Source: Candidatus Dojkabacteria bacterium
GTDB taxonomy: Bacteria; Patescibacteriota; Dojkabacteria; SC72
Assembly (NCBI GenBank): GCA_012513575.1
Contig: JAAZBX010000007.1
Coordinates: 27,931-91,930 of the forward strand
Reading direction: 5' to 3'
DNA length: 64,000 nt
In this document: positions 60,227 through 64,000 of the stretch, piece after piece
Layout: each line of letters starts with the position of its first letter
How positions within the stretch are numbered: the stretch's first letter is position 1
Notes under the pieces: generated by a model
The model's database searches: none
The model's input: the letters and a program-made list of their open reading frames with translations, nothing else
Told to the model about the DNA's origin: nothing
Translations under genes and position numbers: made by a program

Positions 60227-60240
60227 CGTATAATAAAAAA

Positions 60241-60873
60241 ATGAAAAGTAATGGACCTCAAAAGATTCAAAATATTTATGTACTAATAGGATTTTTCTTT
60301 CTTTTTCTCTCGCTTATTGCTATTGCCATACCTATTGGGCCATATGTTTGGTATAGAATCAATCCCAATGAGACAGATAAAGATATTGAAAAAATCGTTA
60401 AGGAGATAACAACTGAAAAAATTGAACACAAAACTAAAACCACATCTCAAGTACCTCCACTTGACCCATCACTTCCGGAAACACCTTTTGTAATTATCCC
60501 CAAAATCAATGTTGAATCTCCGATCTCAACAAATAAAGATTTTAATACTGGCCTTGCAAAGGGCTCATGGATTGTGTCAGATTACGGAACTCCTGAGAAA
60601 CCAGAATTGCCAATTATTCTTGCTGCTCATAGATTCGGCTATGCAAATTGGAGTGTAGAGAAAAGAAATAGAATCTCTTTTTACAATCTCCCAGAGACCC
60701 AAGAGGGAGATGATGTTTTTATCTATTGGAATCAAAGAAGATATAACTACAAGATCTACAAGTCAAAAGAGAGTACCTATATTAGCGATTACAGTGCCGA
60801 CCTCATACTATATACATGCAAATTCTTTAATTCTCCGGTTCGTATCTTCCGGTATGCAGAGCTAGTTAAATAA
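60241..60873 (+). CDS. Sortase (second copy in window)
   Basis: N-terminal TM anchor, His in ILAAHRFGY, Cys in LILYTC and Arg in VRIFRY. Confidence 0.7.
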   Translation: MKSNGPQKIQNIYVLIGFFFLFLSLIAIAIPIGPYVWYRINPNETDKDIEKIVKEITTEKIEHKTKTTSQVPPLDPSLPETPFVIIPKINVESPISTNKDFNTGLAKGSWIVSDYGTPEKPELPIILAAHRFGYANWSVEKRNRISFYNLPETQEGDDVFIYWNQRRYNYKIYKSKESTYISDYSADLILYTCKFFNSPVRIFRYAELVK

Positions 60874-60967
60874 GCATTCCTCACACAGAGAGAAGCCCCA
60901 TAGTGTTGCCATTTCGGTTATTTCATGCTATAATTATCCTGCATTTAAATTAACTAGCCCTTTATAT

Positions 60968-61207
60968 ATGAGGAAGTTATTTTCAGCAACTTTAGCTGCT
61001 ATCTTGATTTCCGCTATAAATGTTTCTTCTGTCCTAGCTAGTGGGAACCCATACGGTCCATATAATCCATATGAACCTCATGAACCACTTCCAACTGGAT
61101 TTGGTGATACAAACACCTTCTATCTAGTAGCATTAGTCGCATTTACTGTCGGAATGATTATCTTAGCAATAGCTAAAGACCTTAAGGGCAAGCAGTCTGC
61201 TGCATAA
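60968..61207 (+). CDS. Tiny secreted protein with an LPTG-type C-terminal sorting signal
   Basis: Signal peptide ending VLA, then a ~17-residue mature segment SGNPYGPYNPYEPHEP, then LPTG, a 20-aa hydrophobic stretch and a basic tail KDLKGKQSAA. Encoded immediately downstream of the sortase. Confidence 0.55.
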   Translation: MRKLFSATLAAILISAINVSSVLASGNPYGPYNPYEPHEPLPTGFGDTNTFYLVALVAFTVGMIILAIAKDLKGKQSAA

Positions 61208-61276
61208 CAGTTGACTGCTCCCTTGGGGAGCAATAAATGCATTTTCTATAAATTTACTTATTTTTATCATTTTAAA

Positions 61277-62050
61277 ATGAAACTATCTTTGGTTATACCA
61301 ACATACAAAAAACAAAGAGATGTTTTGGATCAATTAGAAAGAGTATACGGCTACCTTTCAAGAAAGAATCCTGACTTTGAACTCATCTTCGTTATTGATG
61401 GGTATGTTGATAATACTAAGGATATTTTAGAAAAATATGTTAAGGAGAATAGATTAAAAAAAGTTTCCATCATAGGATATGAAGATAATATGGGTAAGGG
61501 ATATGCTGTTAGATATGGAATGAAAAGAGCTACAGGGGACGTTATTGGCTTTATTGATGCTGATACAGATATTCAAATTAGGACTTTAGGTTATGCTCTA
61601 AAATCTATCAAACATGATTCTGTCATGGCTGTAGTACCTTCTAAATTTCATAAGGATTCAAATGTTGAAATGAAACTTGGTAGAAAGATTCTTTCCTATG
61701 GATTGATGTATACTAATAGGTTTCTTTTAAAGCTACCAAAGAATGTTGACGATGTTGGGTGTGGTCTCAAATTATTTAGAAAAGAATTAATCGAAAGAAT
61801 ACTTCCTTCGTTAAGAGTAAATAATTTTGCGATAGATTCTGAGATATTAAATCTAATTGGTAGAGTAGGTTACTCAGTTTCCGTTATTCCTTTCTACTTA
61901 AACAAGAACAGAAGTGAAAGTACATCTGCGAATATTGGGAAGATTTTAGGCATGGTGAAAGATATATTTGTCCTTTCATTAAGTAATAGATATATTTTCA
62001 AGAACTCATTCTCAAAGCCATCTTACATTGACAATTCTAGCAACCTATAG
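61277..62050 (+). CDS. Family 2 glycosyltransferase (polyprenol-phosphate sugar transferase-like)
   Basis: LSLVIPTYKK...IFVIDGYVDNT...IDADTD motifs (DXD). The start was moved from the track ORF (61211) to the ATG at 61277. Confidence 0.8.
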   Translation: MKLSLVIPTYKKQRDVLDQLERVYGYLSRKNPDFELIFVIDGYVDNTKDILEKYVKENRLKKVSIIGYEDNMGKGYAVRYGMKRATGDVIGFIDADTDIQIRTLGYALKSIKHDSVMAVVPSKFHKDSNVEMKLGRKILSYGLMYTNRFLLKLPKNVDDVGCGLKLFRKELIERILPSLRVNNFAIDSEILNLIGRVGYSVSVIPFYLNKNRSESTSANIGKILGMVKDIFVLSLSNRYIFKNSFSKPSYIDNSSNL

Positions 62051-62056
62051 TATAAT
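62028..62056 (+). promoter_or_regulatory. Consensus sigma-70-type promoter (TTGACA-17-TATAAT)
   Basis: A perfect -35 and -10 with a 17-nt spacer. It overlaps the stop codon of the GT2 gene and lies about 310 nt upstream of the ATG at 62364. Confidence 0.6.
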
Positions 62057-62243
62057 ACATGTGTTAATTGTTAACCTGCTCTTTATAAATTAATCCTTAA
62101 GAATTCATAGTGAAGACCCTTGTCCTATATGAGTTCTTAAGAACTCGAAGATCATTAAAAATTTCTAAGTATATACATTGATTTTATTCGGTATGTATTT
62201 AGATCAAATAGTGTGTGATGTAAGAGAGTAGGGTATTCATTTT

Positions 62244-62305
62244 ACTTCCTACCATCCTTTTGGGATGCATAGTGTATCTAATATTTATTGGATATAGTAT
62301 GCATT
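62244..62305 (+). repeat. Conserved ~60-nt leader element, copy B, containing inverted repeat GATGCATA-N26-TATGCAT
   Basis: Aligns with 57697..57757. The arms are at 62264-62271 and 62298-62305. Confidence 0.6.
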
Positions 62306-62363
62306 CCATTTGGATGCAAAAGCAGAGAGCTTTTTCGAAAATTATCGGCTTAAGGAGGCCAAA

Positions 62364-62924
62364 ATGAAAGACAATAAGAAAGATGAAAAGAAACCTAACT
62401 GGAAAGAAAAGATCAAAGAGGTCAATTGGTGGATGGTTTTGGCCATCATTGCGGTCATAGCTTTATTGCTATCGTTCGCCTATCGGGCGCAACAAGCGAA
62501 GCTAGCCGCTCCAGCAGCATCATCACAGTCCTCAGGACAAACAGGCGACCAGACAGGCATCGTTGCTGCGGCTCCCAATTGTCAAGAAATTGGCATAACT
62601 TTCGGCAAAAGCGGTTCATTCCGTTCCGTATGGGACTCGAATATGAAAACATGCGTTCTGGGAATGTGGGAAGAAGCGAGGATTTCGCCCGGAATGTCCT
62701 TGGCGGACTTGAAAATTCAAGGGGACGATTACTCGTTCCTCATGCCGTTCAAGGGATCAATTAACCATTCCGCGGACACCATTTTCGTGAACAATACAAA
62801 ATGTACCCCAGGGAACCCTGTTTCCTGTGATGGGAAAACTTCGTTCGAGAAGAACACCCCAGTACATATTGTTTCCGAACCGGGAAATGATTCCTCAGGC
62901 GTAATGCTTATTCAAAATCCATAA
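62364..62924 (+). CDS. GC-rich secreted or membrane-anchored Cys-containing protein of unknown function
   Basis: An AAGGAGG RBS 7 nt upstream of the ATG at 62364; the track ORF start at 62310 lies inside the leader. N-terminal signal anchor (WWMVLAIIAVIALLLSFA). Roughly 48% GC against a much lower-GC background. About 5 Cys in the exported part. Confidence 0.6.
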   Translation: MKDNKKDEKKPNWKEKIKEVNWWMVLAIIAVIALLLSFAYRAQQAKLAAPAASSQSSGQTGDQTGIVAAAPNCQEIGITFGKSGSFRSVWDSNMKTCVLGMWEEARISPGMSLADLKIQGDDYSFLMPFKGSINHSADTIFVNNTKCTPGNPVSCDGKTSFEKNTPVHIVSEPGNDSSGVMLIQNP

Positions 62925-63097
62925 CAAACTCTCTGCTCCTGGGTGGGGGACAATCTTTTCTGCTTAACCGCATTAAAAATCCCCCACCCCACAAACATCA
63001 CACACTATCAATCTTCTAAGACTATACTGTCTTACTGATGAGTCCACATATATTTACAAATATATTGAGGACGAAAAGATTTCCAAACCTTGAAGAA

Positions 63098-63931
63098 TTA
63101 ACTAAATATTTTCCTTGAAAGTTCAAATACTTTCATAAAAAGAGTGGGAGGGAGAACACTTAAAATTCGAACCCCTACTTTTTGTATACCCCAAATCACA
63201 CTTTCTCTAAAGGTTGGTTTAATATTCAAATTCTCTATCGCCCAGTTTCTTACCTCATTTGTTTTATTAAAATGATCAACCATTTTTGCCTGGCTTTCCG
63301 TTTTAAAAGTCATTCTATACTTCAGAACCGTATCAGGAAGATTTGCAAACTCTCCTTTGGTACTAAGGGTTAAAAACAGTTTTACATCTTCAGTCTTCCA
63401 CATATCTTCTGGATACAAACCTACCTCTTCTAATGTTTTTCTCCGAAGCATTACGGCCGGATGGGCAAAGGGTTGAAACAGAAATCTGTTCCTTTTCAAT
63501 CGGGAATCCTCCAACGCATACTCCCTATGACCAATATTGTTGGATTTCTCATCGATTATGTCTATTTGACCTCCAACTGCAACACAATTGGGGTTCGTCT
63601 CCATATATTCTGCCTGCTTTCTAATTCTATCCGGGCACATTATGTCATCAGCATCCATTCGTGCGATATATTTGCCGTTTGAGCTCTTAATCCCAATGTT
63701 TATTACATTTCCCAAGCCATTCTGTTTTTCTATAGGAATTACTTTAAGGATATTGGTCTTTTTTTGATATTCATAAAGAATCCCTAAAGTATTATCCTCA
63801 CTCTTGTCGTCAACAACAATGATTTCCAAAGGAGAGTAATCTTGATTCAAACAGCTCTCAATTGACTCTTTTATATATTTCTCTCCATTGTGAACAGGTA
63901 TTATTATTGACACCAAGGGATTAGATTGCAT
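63098..63931 (-). CDS. Family 2 glycosyltransferase
   Basis: VSIIIPVHNGEKYI...IIVVDDKSEDNT...RMDADD motifs of GT2. Confidence 0.8.
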   Translation of the reverse strand: MQSNPLVSIIIPVHNGEKYIKESIESCLNQDYSPLEIIVVDDKSEDNTLGILYEYQKKTNILKVIPIEKQNGLGNVINIGIKSSNGKYIARMDADDIMCPDRIRKQAEYMETNPNCVAVGGQIDIIDEKSNNIGHREYALEDSRLKRNRFLFQPFAHPAVMLRRKTLEEVGLYPEDMWKTEDVKLFLTLSTKGEFANLPDTVLKYRMTFKTESQAKMVDHFNKTNEVRNWAIENLNIKPTFRESVIWGIQKVGVRILSVLPPTLFMKVFELSRKIFS

Positions 63932-64000
63932 ATCTATTTGATTTAATTAGTTTAATTACAAAAAATACAAAGATTATGAGAATTAATGCATATCCTAAAT

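Noticed and set aside
62310-62363. Track ORF start at 62310 for the GC-rich gene
   Set aside because: The first 18 codons contain the AAGGAGG RBS and lie within the conserved leader. The ATG at 62364 is the better start.
1-64000. Alternative genetic code (UGA recoding, as in some CPR lineages)
   Set aside because: Long conserved genes (mutS, pheT, gyrA, the PBP) are intact under the standard code, so TGA is a stop here.
1-64000. CRISPR arrays, transposases, integrases
   Set aside because: No regularly spaced direct repeats and no DDE, tyrosine or serine recombinase motifs were seen by eye. The accessory region at 57.5-64 kb has no flanking mobility genes in this window.

Overview
The window is low-GC (roughly one-third GC by eye) and gene-dense, read with the standard code; UGA is a stop, since long ORFs such as mutS, pheT and gyrA are intact. 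Gene content suggests a small-genome bacterium with a Gram-positive-type envelope, possibly a CPR/Patescibacteria-like lineage: sortases and a complete type IV pilus locus with no secretin gene (PilQ) in this window. That placement is inference only. From 1 to about 39 kb the genes are mostly housekeeping: rsmI and truB, rarA, tyrS, a short RelA/SpoT homologue, recG, RNA methyltransferases, thrS, infC-rpmI-rplT, pheST, a class A PBP, hisS, mutS, a PpsA-like protein, tig-clpP, tRNA-Val, dus, a membrane-anchored ClpA/C-like ATPase, and rpmF-nusB-rnc-rpsP-KH. From 39.3 to 51.4 kb a type IV pilus locus is encoded entirely on the minus strand: pilB-pilT-pilC, two tandem pilin paralogues, pilD, three minor pilins, a CheY-like regulator and pilMNO. 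Next come a delta-prime-like gene, gyrB, an unknown gene and gyrA. The last 6.5 kb is an accessory cell-envelope region: a lipoprotein, a VanY-type peptidase, a sortase with a minimal substrate next to it, two GT2 glycosyltransferases and a GC-rich secreted protein. Two exported-protein genes in that region are preceded by near-identical consensus sigma-70 promoters and a conserved ~60-nt leader element. Everything below is from reading motifs by eye; no database searches were run.
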